Assembly (NCBI RefSeq): GCF_018350175.1
Contig: NC_058368.1
Coordinates: 49,539,815 to 49,603,814, forward strand
From: Felis catus
Taxonomy: Eukaryota
Length of the DNA: 64,000 bases
Direction: 5' to 3'
Part shown: in pieces, positions 52,734-64,000 of the stretch
How the letters are laid out: each line of letters starts with the position of its first letter
How positions within the stretch are numbered: position 1 is the first letter of the stretch
Made by a program: the position numbers and the translations under genes
Notes under the pieces: generated by a model
The model's input: only the letters and a program-made list of their open reading frames with translations
Databases searched by the model: none
What the model was told of the DNA's origin: nothing

Positions 52734-52735
<2 letters not shown>
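52470..52735 (+). mobile_element. L2 3' end
   Basis: gttataattgctggttta...gagaccatgtctgccttggt...tatttgatgagtgagtg tail. Confidence 0.6.
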
Positions 52736-52780
<45 letters not shown>

Positions 52781-52782
52781 AA

Positions 52783-52815
<33 letters not shown>

Positions 52816-52902
52816 GAAGGAAGGAAGGAAGGAAGGAAGGAAGGAAGGAAGGAAGGAAGGAAAGAAGGGAGGGAGGAGGGAAGGAAGGAAGGAAGGAAGA
52901 AA
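52736..52902. repeat. (GAAA)n-(GGAA)n compound polypurine microsatellite
   Basis: Direct reading; continues from the L2 tail. Confidence 0.97.
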
Positions 52903-53078
52903 CAATGAATCTGCTGATCACCATCACAGATGTTCAGGGTGCTTGAATCAAATTTTTGCTTTCCTACAATCACTTGATTTTGAGGGCATATAATTACATA
53001 GTATGCCACTGAATTGATATGATCATCCCTCAAATGTTGATTTGTTAATCTCATCTACCTATCAGGTAAAATAACTAT

Positions 53079-53227
53079 AAAACACTAATCTAATTACTGT
53101 GATAAATGAATCTTAATGCCTATATAAGTACAAAACACTAATCTAATTACTGTGATAAATGAATCTTAATGCCTATAGTTTAAATATTAAACTATATATA
53201 GTTTAAATGCCTATATATAGTTTAAAT
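53079..53227. repeat. Perfect 46-bp near-tandem duplication plus short direct and inverted copies
   Basis: 53079-53124 is identical to 53132-53177; 20-bp palindrome 53187-53206; 17-mer repeated at 53192 and 53211. Confidence 0.93.
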
Positions 53228-53710
53228 ACTTTGCTCTATACCAACTTAAAGTTCTAGTAATTTAAAGTTAACTTTGGATGGGAGTAGTTCTTTTTAGACT
53301 AAAATTTTCCACTTATTTAATCTTTAAAATATACTCCAGAAAGAACCATAAATGAAGACTAAGTTGTAATTACTCAGTATTTTCTTAATAAGAGTTGTTT
53401 CGTGAACATTTTATTACATCATTGGAAAATTTCAACTAGTAGTACTTTGTTTCCAGAAGTTCAGAAAGGCAAAGTATAATATTGGCTGCTCCATTAAAAT
53501 GGAAAGAGGAAAGCCTTCCACGAAAGTATAGAATCTTTTTAGACTCATGACATGTCCCAGTCCCTGGCTGTGTGTCTCCAAGGCAGCTGGAAACACAGCC
53601 CATGTTCACTGCCAGAGTCTCCTAACCTACAAACAGGACAAAAATGCTCTCAGAGACTCAACATGTTTCAAAAGGGGGTAAACATACTTCATTACTACTT
53701 TTTAATGCTG

Positions 53711-53810
53711 TTTCTTTCTTTCTCTTTTTCTTTCTTTTCCTTCCTTCCTTCCTTCCTTCCTTCCTTCCTTCCTTCCTTCCTTCCTTCCTTCCTTCCTTCC
53801 TTCCTTTCCT
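53711..53810. repeat. (TTTC)/(TTCC)n polypyrimidine microsatellite
   Basis: Direct reading. Confidence 0.97.
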
Positions 53811-54849
53811 GTCTTTCGGGAGAACTCAGGAAATTTATCTCTGAGGTATTTGCATGTTTGTTCATTTTAGATCCTGTCTTAGAGTGACAGGAGCAGCCAG
53901 CATTAATTTGAAATGGTCTTATGAAGACATATTTTCTCCTTGCTTTTGGCTTAGAAAGGCAGTACTTTCCTTTAGCGGATGGATTATGTGTTAAATGACC
54001 TACAGCAGATGGTTTAATAACATCAGCTTCACTTGAAGAATTCTGCACGTGTTGAAAAAGTCATCCTAAAGGCATTTGTTTTCATGATTCTTTCACGTCT
54101 ACTCTAGCCAAAGGCTGAGTTTCCTCAGGACAGTCAGTGGCTACTGACACTCCTCAACCAACCAAAAAGTCACCCTTGATTGAAATTAACACTGTTTAAA
54201 GACAAAACCATGATACTCTTCTCCTATGAGAAAGTTCATATTTACATTTGTGTCTGGTTTGAATTCTCCTCTCAGATCTAAGAGTGCTCTCAAAATGTTC
54301 TTCCCCTGACCCTTCTCACTCCCCAAGCATATGGCTTAAAAAACTACCCAGCCTTCATCTGAAGGTACTTCCAATAGGGGGTAAGAAACTGCTGAACTAT
54401 TTTCATCAGAAACATTGTTTAAGGACATAAATCAATGAATATTTATGACTTGGAGAACTGCCTCTGGCACCCACAATATGCCCCCAATGGGATGGCAGAG
54501 TTTATTTTTGTTATTAGCTATAATACTTACCTATATTTATAATTATCTGAAATTAATAAAAATTAAGTTGTGTCTAGTGGCTATCTCCAGATTTAACACA
54601 GGAGGTCTTTTTTCAAAGTTCAGTTTAATTCCAACTGCATCACTACGTTCAGAGACACAAAACAACCAGTCTAGAATCAGTGCATGACTGACCAAAACCA
54701 TTAGGACAGCAAACCTAATCTTAATCTCAATTTACTGTGAAATGATACTGTATGTAACATATTGTCACGAGTCAGGAGGAGTCTGTGTATTGAATGTAAT
54801 CCATCTGTCTGACAGCCTCCAGACTCCATCAGCAAAGATCAAGATAGAT

Positions 54850-55570
54850 ACTCCCAATTCTGGAATACTCTCACACCCAACTCTGACAGTCTGGCCACAG
54901 TTAATGGCCTGAACATCACTAACTGACTGTCAGGGCAGTCATATCATGGCAGTCCCAGGATACTCAGTCCATCCCTCATCCCCAAGACTCTAATCAACAT
55001 ATGGTCCTTTCCTACCTTACCTTCTGCTCAAGCTTCCCAGATCTTCCCGCATCCTTATTCTGTGTAATAACCTAGATTTCTTGTTAATAGAAGCAATTTT
55101 AGAGAATTCCACAACTTTCCATCACATCTACTTGCTGTCCTGCATTGTGGGCCCAGATCCTCTGTTCTTGCCCCCGTTTCTGTGCCCTTTCCATGCTCCT
55201 AAAATTGGACACTCAATCTCCCAATGACTTATGTGCCAGATCTCATTCTCATTTATTCAGTATCAGCACTCCAGCAATTCTTCCCTCTTTATTTTGCATC
55301 ATCAACTTATTCTCACTGATTTTTCCCACTAACATACAAAATACAATTATTTTCCCACAGTAAAATAAAGACAATCCTCTCATGACCCCACTATACCCTC
55401 CAGCTACTGTGCATTTCTTTCCTCTTATTTACAGCAGAACTTCCCCAATAAGTAAGCAAACTCATTTCCTCCAGTTCTCCTGTTTGCTTATAAGCCTCCT
55501 ATAATCAGGGCTTTGCTTCCACAACTTCACAATAATTATTCTTAGTGCCATCACCTATGTCTTCTATCAC
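54850..55570 (+). mobile_element. Probable L2 internal fragment
   Basis: Pyrimidine-rich, with 'ttccctcttta...gcatcatcaac', 'ccctccagctactg', 'aatcagggctttgcttccac'. Confidence 0.5.
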
Positions 55571-55686
55571 ACTGTCCAAAGCTTTGGGGATCATCCTTAC
55601 CAATAAATAACTCATTTGTGAGATTTGAGAAACACTGAAGAAATCCATTGCCCATCTTGGTAAACTGAAAATTTCCCTTCTGGAAT

Positions 55687-56283
55687 AGGTGATATAGAAA
55701 ATAAAATTATAGGAAATAATGAAGCTGAAAATAAGAGGGAAAGGAAACTGTCAGATCACAAGGGGAGACTTAGAGAATTTAGTGATTCCATAAAATGAAA
55801 CAATATCCATCATAGGAGTCCCAGAAAAAGAAGAGTGGGAAAAGGGGGCAGTTTATTTTAACAAATTGCAGCTGAGAATTTCCCTAACCTGGGGAAGTAA
55901 ACAGGTATTCAAGTCCAAGAGGCATAGATAATTCCCCTCAAAATCAACAAAAACAGGTCAACACCATGACATATCATAGTAAAACTTGCAAAATAACAAG
56001 ATAAAGAGAGAATTCTAAAAGCATCTAGGGACAAATGTCCTTAACCTACAAGAGTAGACATATGAGGTTAGCAGCAGACCTGTCCATGGAAACTTGGCAG
56101 ACCAGAAGGGAGTGTCAGGAAATATTCCTTGTGCTGAATGGAAAAAATTGTGCAGCCAAGAATTCTTTATTCAGCAAGACTTTCATTCAGAATAGAAGAG
56201 ATAAAGAGTTTCCCAGACAAAAACTAAAGCAGTTTGTGACCACTAAACCAGCCTTGCAAGAAATTTTAAGGGGGACTCTTTGA
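55687..56283 (+). pseudogene. L1 ORF1p remnant (C-terminal half)
   Basis: MRLAADLSMETWQTRRECQEIF and KLKQFVTTKPALQEILRGTL*; in-frame stops and frameshifts. Confidence 0.88.
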
Positions 56284-56330
56284 GTAGAGAAAAATAAATA
56301 AAATAAGAAGAAGATCAAAGCAACAAAGAC

Positions 56331-59300
56331 ATACACATTCTTCTAGAGTGCACATGGAACATTCTCCAGAGTGTATCACATACTTGATCACAAATCAGCC
56401 CTCAATAGGTTCATACCATGCATATTTTCAGATCACAAGACTATGAAACTTGAAGTCAACCACAAGAAAAACTTTGGAAAGCCCTCAAAAACATGGATGT
56501 TAAAGAACATCCTGCTAAAGAGTGAATAGGTTAACTAGAAAATTAAAAAAGAAATTTAAAAATACATGGAAACCAATGAAAATGAAAACACAACAGTCCA
56601 AAATCTTTGGGATGCAGCAAAGGCAGTACAAAGGGTAAAGTATATTGCAATTCAGAACTATCTCATGAAGCAAGAAGGGTCCCAAATACACAATCTCATA
56701 TTACACCTTAAGGACCTAGAAAAGGAATAGCAAATAAAGCCTAAAGCCAGTAGAAGAAGGGAACATATAAAGATTAGAGCAGAAATAAACATTATAGAAG
56801 CAAACAAACAAACAAAAAAACAGATCAATGAAACTAAGCTCTGGTTCTTTAAAACAATTAAGTAAATTGATAAACCCCTAACTAGACCTATCAAAAAGAG
56901 AAGAGAAAGGACCCAAATAGATAAAATCACAAATAAAAGAGGAGAGATCACAACCAACACCACAGAAATACAAATAATTATAAAAGAATACAATGAAAAA
57001 TTATATGCCAACAAACTGGACAATCTGGAAGAAATGGACAAATTCCAAGAAACATACAAACTACCAAAACTGAAACAGGAAGAAATAGAAACTTTGAACA
57101 GACCCATAACCACAAAGAAATTGAATCACTAATCAAAAATCTTACAACAAACAAGAGTTCAGGCCAAATGGCATCCTAGGGGAATTCTACCAGGCATTTA
57201 AAAAAGAGTTAATACCTATTCTTCTTAAAGTGTTCCAAAAAATAGAAATGGAAGGAAAGCTTCTAAATTCATTCTATAAAGCCAGCATTACCTTAATTCC
57301 AAAACCAGACAAAGACCCCACTAAAAAGGAGAATTACAGGCCAATATCCTGATGAACCTAGATGCAAAATTCTCAATGATACAAGCAAATCTAATTCAAT
57401 GGTACACTAAAAAAAAAATATTCACCATGATCAACAGTATTCATTCCTGGGATGCAAGGCTGGTTCAATATTAGCAAATCAATCAACATGATACACCACA
57501 TTAATAGAAGAAAGGATAAGAACCATATGATTCTCTCAATAGATGAAGAAAAAGTATTTGACAAAATACAGCATCCTTTCTTGATAAAAACCCTCAGGGA
57601 AGAAGGGCTAGAAGGAACATACCTCAACATCATAAAGGCTGTATATGGAAGACCCACAACTAATATCCTCAATGGGGAAAAATTGAGAGTTTTTCCCCAA
57701 GGTCAGGAACATTCTCACTACCGTTGTTCAACATAGTACTGAAGTCCTAGCTTCAGCAATCAGACAACACAAAGAGATAAAAGGCATCCAAGTTGGCAAG
57801 GAGGAAGTCAAATTTTCACTCTTTGTAGATGACATGATATTCTATGTGGAAAACCCGAAAGACTCTACCAACAAACTGCTAGAACTGATACATGAATTCA
57901 GCAAAGTCACGGGACATAAAATCAACATACAGAAATCAGTTGCATTTCCATACACCAATAATGAAGCAGCAGAAAAAGAAATCAGGGAATCAATCCCATT
58001 TACAATTGCACCAAAAAACCATAAGATACCTAGGAATAAACCTTACCAAAGAGGTAAAAGATCTGTATGCTGAAAATTATACAAAGCTTAAGAAAGGAAT
58101 TGAACAAAACACACAAAAAAATGGAAAAACATTCCATGCTCATGGATTAGAAGAACAAATATTTTTAAAATGTGTACTACCCAAAGCAATCTACACATTT
58201 ACTGCAATCCTTATCAAAGTAACACCAGCATTCTTCACAAAGCTAGAAAAAACAATTCTTAAATTTCTATGCAACCAGAAAAGACCCCGAGTAGGCAAAG
58301 TAATGTTGAAAAAGAAGACCAAAGTTGGAGGCATCACAATCCTGGACTTCAAGATACATTACAAAGCTGTAATCATCAAGACAGTATGGTACCAGCGCAA
58401 AAACAGACACATAGATTAATGGAACAGAATACAGAACCCAGAAATGGACCCACAAATATGGCCAACAAATCCTCAACAAAAAAGACAGTCTCTTCAGCAA
58501 ATGGTGTTGGGAAAACCGAACAGTAACATCAAGAAGAATGAAACTGAACCACTTTCTTACACCATACACAAAAATAAATTCAAAATGATGAAAGATCTAA
58601 ATGTAAGACAGGAAATCATCAAAGTCTTAGAGGAGAATACAAGCAACAACCCCTTTGATCTCAGCCACAGCAACTTCTTACTAGACATTTCTCAGGCAGC
58701 AAGGAAAATAATATAAAAAATGAACTATCCCCAGGACCGCACTAAGCTTCTACATAGCAAAGGAAACAATCAGCAAAACTAAAAGCCAACTGACAGAATG
58801 GGAAAAGATATTTGCAAATAACACATACGATAAAGGGTTAGTATCCAAAATCTATAAAGAACTTATCAAACTCAACAGCCAAAAAACAAATAATTCAGTG
58901 AAGAAATGGGCAGAAGACATGAATAAATACTTCTCCAAAGAAGACATCCAGATGGCTAACAGACACATGAAAAGATGCTCAACATCACTCATCATCAGGC
59001 AAATACAAATCAAAACATTAATGAGATACCACCTCACACAGGTAAGAATGGCTAAAATTAACAACTCAGGAAACAACAGGTGCTGGCAAAGATGCAGAGA
59101 AAGAGGAACTCTCTTACACTGTTGGTAGGAATGCAAACTGTTGCAGCCACTCTGGAAAACAGTATGGAGGTTCCTCAGAAAGTTAAATATAGAGCTACAC
59201 TATGACCCAGCAATTGCCTACTAGGTATTTATCCAAAGGATACAAAAATGCTGATTTGAAGGGACACATGCACCCCAACGTTTATAACAGCACTATCAAT

Positions 59301-59365
59301 AATAGCAAAATTATGGAAATAGCCTCAATGTCTTAGACTGACGAATGGATAAAGAAGATGTTGTA
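56331..59365 (+). pseudogene. L1 ORF2p remnant (EN C-terminus, RT, Cys-rich domain)
   Basis: [50 protein letters not shown] (normally FADD), [13 protein letters not shown]; fragmented across frames. Confidence 0.93.
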
Positions 59366-59391
59366 TATAAATATATATAAATACATATATA

Positions 59392-59439
<48 letters not shown>

Positions 59440-59450
59440 ACAACAATACC

Positions 59451-59497
<47 letters not shown>
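59365..59497. repeat. Compound (TA)n/(TG)n microsatellite within L1
   Basis: Direct reading. Confidence 0.93.
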
Positions 59498-59498
<1 letters not shown>

Positions 59499-59641
59499 CT
59501 CAGTGATCAAAAAGAATGAAATCTTGCCATTTGCAACAACATGAATAGAACTAGAGTGTATTATGCTGAGTGAAGTAAGTCAGAGAAGGAAACATACACA
59601 TGATTTTACTCATAGGTGGAATTTAAGAAACAAAATAGACA

Positions 59642-59843
59642 GGGGTACCTGGGTGGCTCTGTCGGTTAAGCATGCGACTACAGCTCAGGTCATGATCTCA
59701 CAGTTTGTGGGTTGAAGCCCTGTGTTGGGCTTTGTGCAGACAGCTCAGAGCCTGGAGCCTGTTTCAGATTCTGTGTCTCCCTTTCTCTCTGCCCCTCCCC
59801 GCCTGCTCTCAAAAATAAATAAACGTTAAAAAATATTTTTTAA
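59642..59843 (+). mobile_element. CanSINE inserted in the L1 3'UTR
   Basis: 15-bp TSD aagaaacaaaataga at 59625-59639 and 59844-59858. Confidence 0.95.
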
Positions 59844-61559
59844 AAGAAACAAAATAGATGACCATAGGAGAAGGGAAGGAATAATAAGATAAAAACAGAG
59901 AGGGAGGCAAACCGTAAGAGACCCTTAAATACAGAGAACAAACTGAGGGTTGAAGGAGGGGAGCAGGGAGGGGGATGGCCTAAATGGGTGATGTGCATTA
60001 AGGAGGGCACCTGTTGGGATGAACACTGGTTATTATATGTAAGTGATGAATCACTGGATTCTACTTCTGAAACTAATACTACACTTTATGTAAGCTAACC
60101 TGAATTTAAATAAATAAATTAAAAAGAAAAAGAAAATTTCCTCTCTAGAATTTCCCCTTTTCTTATGGTGCAAAATTTCTACAATTGCAATTTCTTACAC
60201 AAACATATTACACAGATTAGCAGGTATATAGGTCAGTGGATGTCACCCTAAAAAAACCATAAAAAATGAATTTTCTCTATTCTATGCCTGTTAACACAAA
60301 TATACAGTTAAGGGATTGGTGAGGTACATCAGTCAGCCTACATGTTGGCATGTAATCGTCTCCCTGCCATATGGGGCAGTCATCAAAAAGGCAACATTAA
60401 TTCATTTGAACAGATTTGTGTCATTATCCCTCTTAGGAAAAAAATCCAGGAAAAAAAATACCACTTTTGTTAAAAAATATTCCCCTCCCGTAGCCAGGTC
60501 TATAATTGACTACATTGCTAAGCATACATGTTTAAGGGTTAAAACTTGCTGTCCAAGAAGATAATTTGTTACCTAGCTAACGCATCAACAGAGATTTCTT
60601 AAGGTAATTAATAAGCCACTGCTATCCACTAATATGAGAAAGTGGGCCCAGAGGAAGGAAAAACAGTGTGGGAGAGAGGAAGAACCCTAATGGGATGAGG
60701 CCACATTCAGGAATGCAGAAGAAACTGTTACTTGGAAAGACAGTGTGGCTGGCCATGGCATCTGAGGAGCAGATACCATGAAGGAATGTGAAGGAGAAAT
60801 ATTGAAAGAAGTGGTAGAAAATACCTGAAACTCTCAGCTTTCTTCATACTTTTGTTCAAGTGTCATCCTGCTTCTCAGAAGTTTGATCTTCCATTTTTTG
60901 CCTCTCAGGTCTATTGTCATTAAGTCCCAAGAAGATTGAGTTCTGATAAAAACTACATCCTCAGAAACTTAGTAATGCCTTTTTTGAGAAAAATAAAGTG
61001 ACAATAAGGTAGGTTATATCTGTTTACTAAAACTGGCTTCCAATCATCCTTTTCCCATTTAAATGTTTATTGCTTAAATTTTAAGTATGTCTTTTAGTCT
61101 TTCAGTCCAGTTTCCATTTATTTGCTCAGATATCTTTGTCTTCACCTTATGATAAAAATTCTCCACCTTCACCTTATTCTTCCCTAATTTAACAATCTCC
61201 CATTCATTTGTATGTATTTTTCTCTTTCACAAATTACCTTTACTGTTTAAGCAAATGGTTTTAATAAAGCAAATGTATTATTAATTGCTCTCATCTCAGC
61301 TGGTAATAACGATGATTCCTAAAAACCTGGGTGTCACAATCAGAGCCATCCCTGGAAAAAGATGGAGACTTATCTTTTCAGGACTGCAGTCCCCACCCTG
61401 AATCCCAGGAGAAGAGTTAAAAAGCCAAAGGGGAAGTTAGAGATCACAGTCACGGACCAGCCATCTCGTCATGCAGATAAGATGGATGCCCAGAAAGATG
61501 GAGAATTTTTTTCAGAGTTTTAAAGAAAACTCTCACAAAAGTTGCTACTAGAGAATTTT

Positions 61560-61880
61560 CCTGGGTCAGGGACCCCAAAAGCAGATTCTGACACAAGGTT
61601 TCATACACAAGTAAGTGAGAAAGAAATGTTCCAAGAAGCTGGTGAGGTATGTGACTTAGGTCTGGCTGGTGAGGGTCAGGAAGAATCAGAATCTTGCAGC
61701 AGCCTCTGGCTCTCTATACATGTGCAGGCAAAGCAGCTCTGGGAGCCCCCAGGCCATTGGCTAGAGCTAGTCTGAAGGTACCAGCTGTTAGAACAAAGCC
61801 ATAGGAGCTGGGGGCCAGTGCACATGGAAGGAAAAGAGACCTGAACGGATCTGAGCAAATCATCAACAGTGTCTGCTCTT
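61560..61880 (-). mobile_element. Degraded ERVL-type LTR (LTR16/LTR33-like)
   Basis: ggtcagggaccccaaaagcagattctgacacaagg...ggatctgagc...caacagtgtctgct. Confidence 0.5.
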
Positions 61881-62434
61881 GGTATTCTCTAACTCCAGAA
61901 GTGTCATCCTGACACGATGGCATGGGACAAGGATATTTTCCCCCTTTTGAATCTTCATAGAACTTTTGCAATTACCTCAGAGAGTTCTGTTTTTAAAATA
62001 TACTCAAATGTCACCTCGATTATGTTATTTCCCTACCGTGACTCCTGTTACTTAGAGATTCAAGTCTAAACATTTTAGCCTGACATCCAAGGCCTTCAAA
62101 AATATTATCCTAAACTCCACATAAGACCTACTTTCCACCCCATAAAAATGTTGTATTTGAGGCAAATTGTTAGCCATCTGTCTTAAATTTTACACCTTTC
62201 TGCTTTCATGGTTTTCTCATACCAAGCACTGCCAAATCAGCAAATCTCCATCATTCTAACCCAATCTTCCAAAAATCTCACTCGGACTATGTATTTTGTA
62301 CAATCCTTTCTTACCACATTCACCTGAAGTAATACCTCCTTCCTCTGAGTTCCCATTGCAAGTTTTGTCTGAACTATGCATTTGGCAACACTATTCTGTG
62401 AAATCTTTCCTATTGTGTTCTTCAACTATTTTAC

Positions 62435-62845
62435 TTTTAATTAACAGACTTTACATTTTAGAGCAGCTTTAAGTTAAGAGAAAAATTAACAAATTAAGGA
62501 GAGTTGCCATATACTCTGTCTCCTCTGACTTCAGTCTCCCTTATTATTAGTATCGTACATTTGTGTGGTACATTTGTTACAAGTCACAAAGCAATATTGA
62601 TCTGCAGCTATTAAATAAAGTCCATAGATTACATTAAGACTCACTCTGTGTTACCCAGTTCCATGAATTTTGACAAATGTATAATGTCATGTATCCACTC
62701 TTACATTATCATACAGAACAGCTTTACTGCCCTAAAAATGCCCTAAGCTTCATCTGTTCATCCTTCTCTACCCTCCTCCTGAACTCCTGGCAAACACTGA
62801 TCTTTTTACTACCTCCATACTTTTTCCTCTACCAGAATGTCTTCC
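62435..62845 (-). mobile_element. Ancient L1 (L1MC1/2-like) 3' end
   Basis: gtgtggtacatttgttacaa...aaagtccatag...ttttgacaaatgtataatgtcatgtatccac...actgccctaaaaat. Confidence 0.82.
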
Positions 62846-63518
62846 TCAACTATTTGTAAATATCCCACTACCATTCAAAAGTCTATGCATTTGTGCCCTG
62901 CTTCTTCATATAGATGAGAAAATTCTCATTATATTCCCATCAGCATTTACTAGAGAAAGAACCATGTGCATGTAGACTTTAATAGGAATGCGTTAGTTTT
63001 ATATAAATGAATGTAGATTCATCTTTCTTATTTCTTTAGGAAAAATTTAAAAATACCTATACCTTGAAGTAAAGAATTGCCTTTCCAGAGTAAGGCAGAA
63101 AAAGTTTGTTAAAGATTTTAAAAAGGTAATTTGATTAAAAAGAATCAACTGGAAAAAAAAAGTAGTCAGATGTAAGTAAATACACTGAAGCCAATCCTTC
63201 CCAGATGACAGAAATAAATTAATTCAAAATATAATGGAAAATAGATTGTGAAGAATCCTTAGAAATGCAAATACCTTAAGAAAATTGGAACTATGATATT
63301 TTATGGAGAGACATGAAGAAGAGATTTGAGTAGGTGGCAAGTGAACCATATTCATTGGTGGAAGGATTCAGCAATATAAGAGGTCAATAATTCCAAAACT
63401 AGCTTATGACTTACTTTTGAGAACTTAAAACCATATTTCTCAGGCTCATCTGAAAAAAAATAAATGATATGAGTATCCCCCCCAAAAAAACTTTTAAACA
63501 AAAATAAGGAGCTTTTTT

Positions 63519-63731
63519 TCTTTTTTAATGTTTATTTATTTTTGAGAGAGAGAAGGAGAGACAGCACAAGCAGGGGAGTGGCACAGAGAGAGGGAGACAC
63601 AGAATCCAAAGCAGACTCCAGGCTCTGAGCTGTCAGCACAGAGCCTGACATGGGGCTCAAACTCACAAACCATGAGATCATGACCTGAGCTGACGTCGGA
63701 TACTTAACCGACTGAGCCACACAAGCATCCC
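63519..63731 (-). mobile_element. CanSINE
   Basis: TSD ggagctttttt at 63508 and 63734. Confidence 0.93.
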
Positions 63732-63854
63732 ATGGAGCTTTTTTCTAACAGGTATAAAAACACACCAACAGTAAAACGTAAAAAATATTTAAGATCTAAA
63801 TGACTATAACCTTTATGTTTTCTAAATGTGTTACAAGCTAAAATATGTTTCACA

Positions 63855-64000
63855 GGGGCGCCTGGGTGGCTCAGTCGGTTAAGCGTCCGACTTCGGCTCA
63901 GGTCATGATCTCACGGTTTGTGAGTTGGAACTCTCCGTCAGGCTCAGTGCTGACAGCTCAGAGCCTGGAGCCTGTTTCAGATTCTGTGTCTCCCTCTCTC
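63855..64000 (+). mobile_element. CanSINE, cut by the window end
   Basis: ggggcgcctgggtggctcagtcggttaagcgtccgacttcggctcaggtcatgatctc. Confidence 0.95.

Larger units (their letters stand above)
55687..60131 (+). mobile_element. Carnivore L1, 5'-truncated, about 4.4 kb, non-functional
   Basis: ORF1 3' half, ORF2 remnant, 3'UTR and A tail; degraded TSD gaaaatttcccttctggaat (55667-55686) / gaaaatttcctctctagaat (60132-60151). Confidence 0.96.

Noticed and set aside
52627..54048. Low-complexity ORFs (FLPS and ERKEG repeats)
   Set aside because: Translations of GAAA/GGAA/TTCC microsatellites
56658..59136. Hydrophobic minus-strand ORFs and RT-like plus-strand ORFs suggesting an active or novel RT system
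   Set aside because: Sense and antisense frames of a decayed L1 with many frameshifts, an altered FADD motif and a deleted EN domain
110..63720. Many similar ORFs containing 'AQSVK..TSAQVMIS...EPASDSVSPSLS' that look like a gene family
   Set aside because: All are translations of CanSINE bodies and coincide with SINE coordinates

Overview
This is AT-rich, CpG-depleted mammalian genomic DNA. The carnivore tRNA-derived SINEs (SINEC_Fc/CanSINE, including two copies with young felid-type diagnostic bases) and the L1 3' ends point to a cat-family genome. I see no credible protein-coding exon, RNA gene, CpG-island promoter or CRISPR array, so the window looks intergenic or deep-intronic. It contains 27 CanSINE copies and a ~4.4-kb degraded L1 (ORF1 3' half, ORF2 remnant, 3'UTR). 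It also holds several shorter L1 pieces, solo LTRs (MLT1A-, MLT1D-, LTR33- and LTR16-like), MER58A- and MER81-like DNA transposons, MIR/L2 relics and microsatellites. Most of the longer listed ORFs derive from repeats, and the rest look like chance ORFs. I found no new multi-gene biological system. The most interesting observations are a SINE-L1 chimera inside a single 19-bp target-site duplication (TSD), a complex templated-insertion scar at 53.1 kb, a SINE with tails at both ends, several palindromic micro-structures, a four-element nested TE stack and motif clusters in repeat-free DNA. Repeat family names come from recalled consensus sequences, not a database search, and boundaries of old repeats are approximate.
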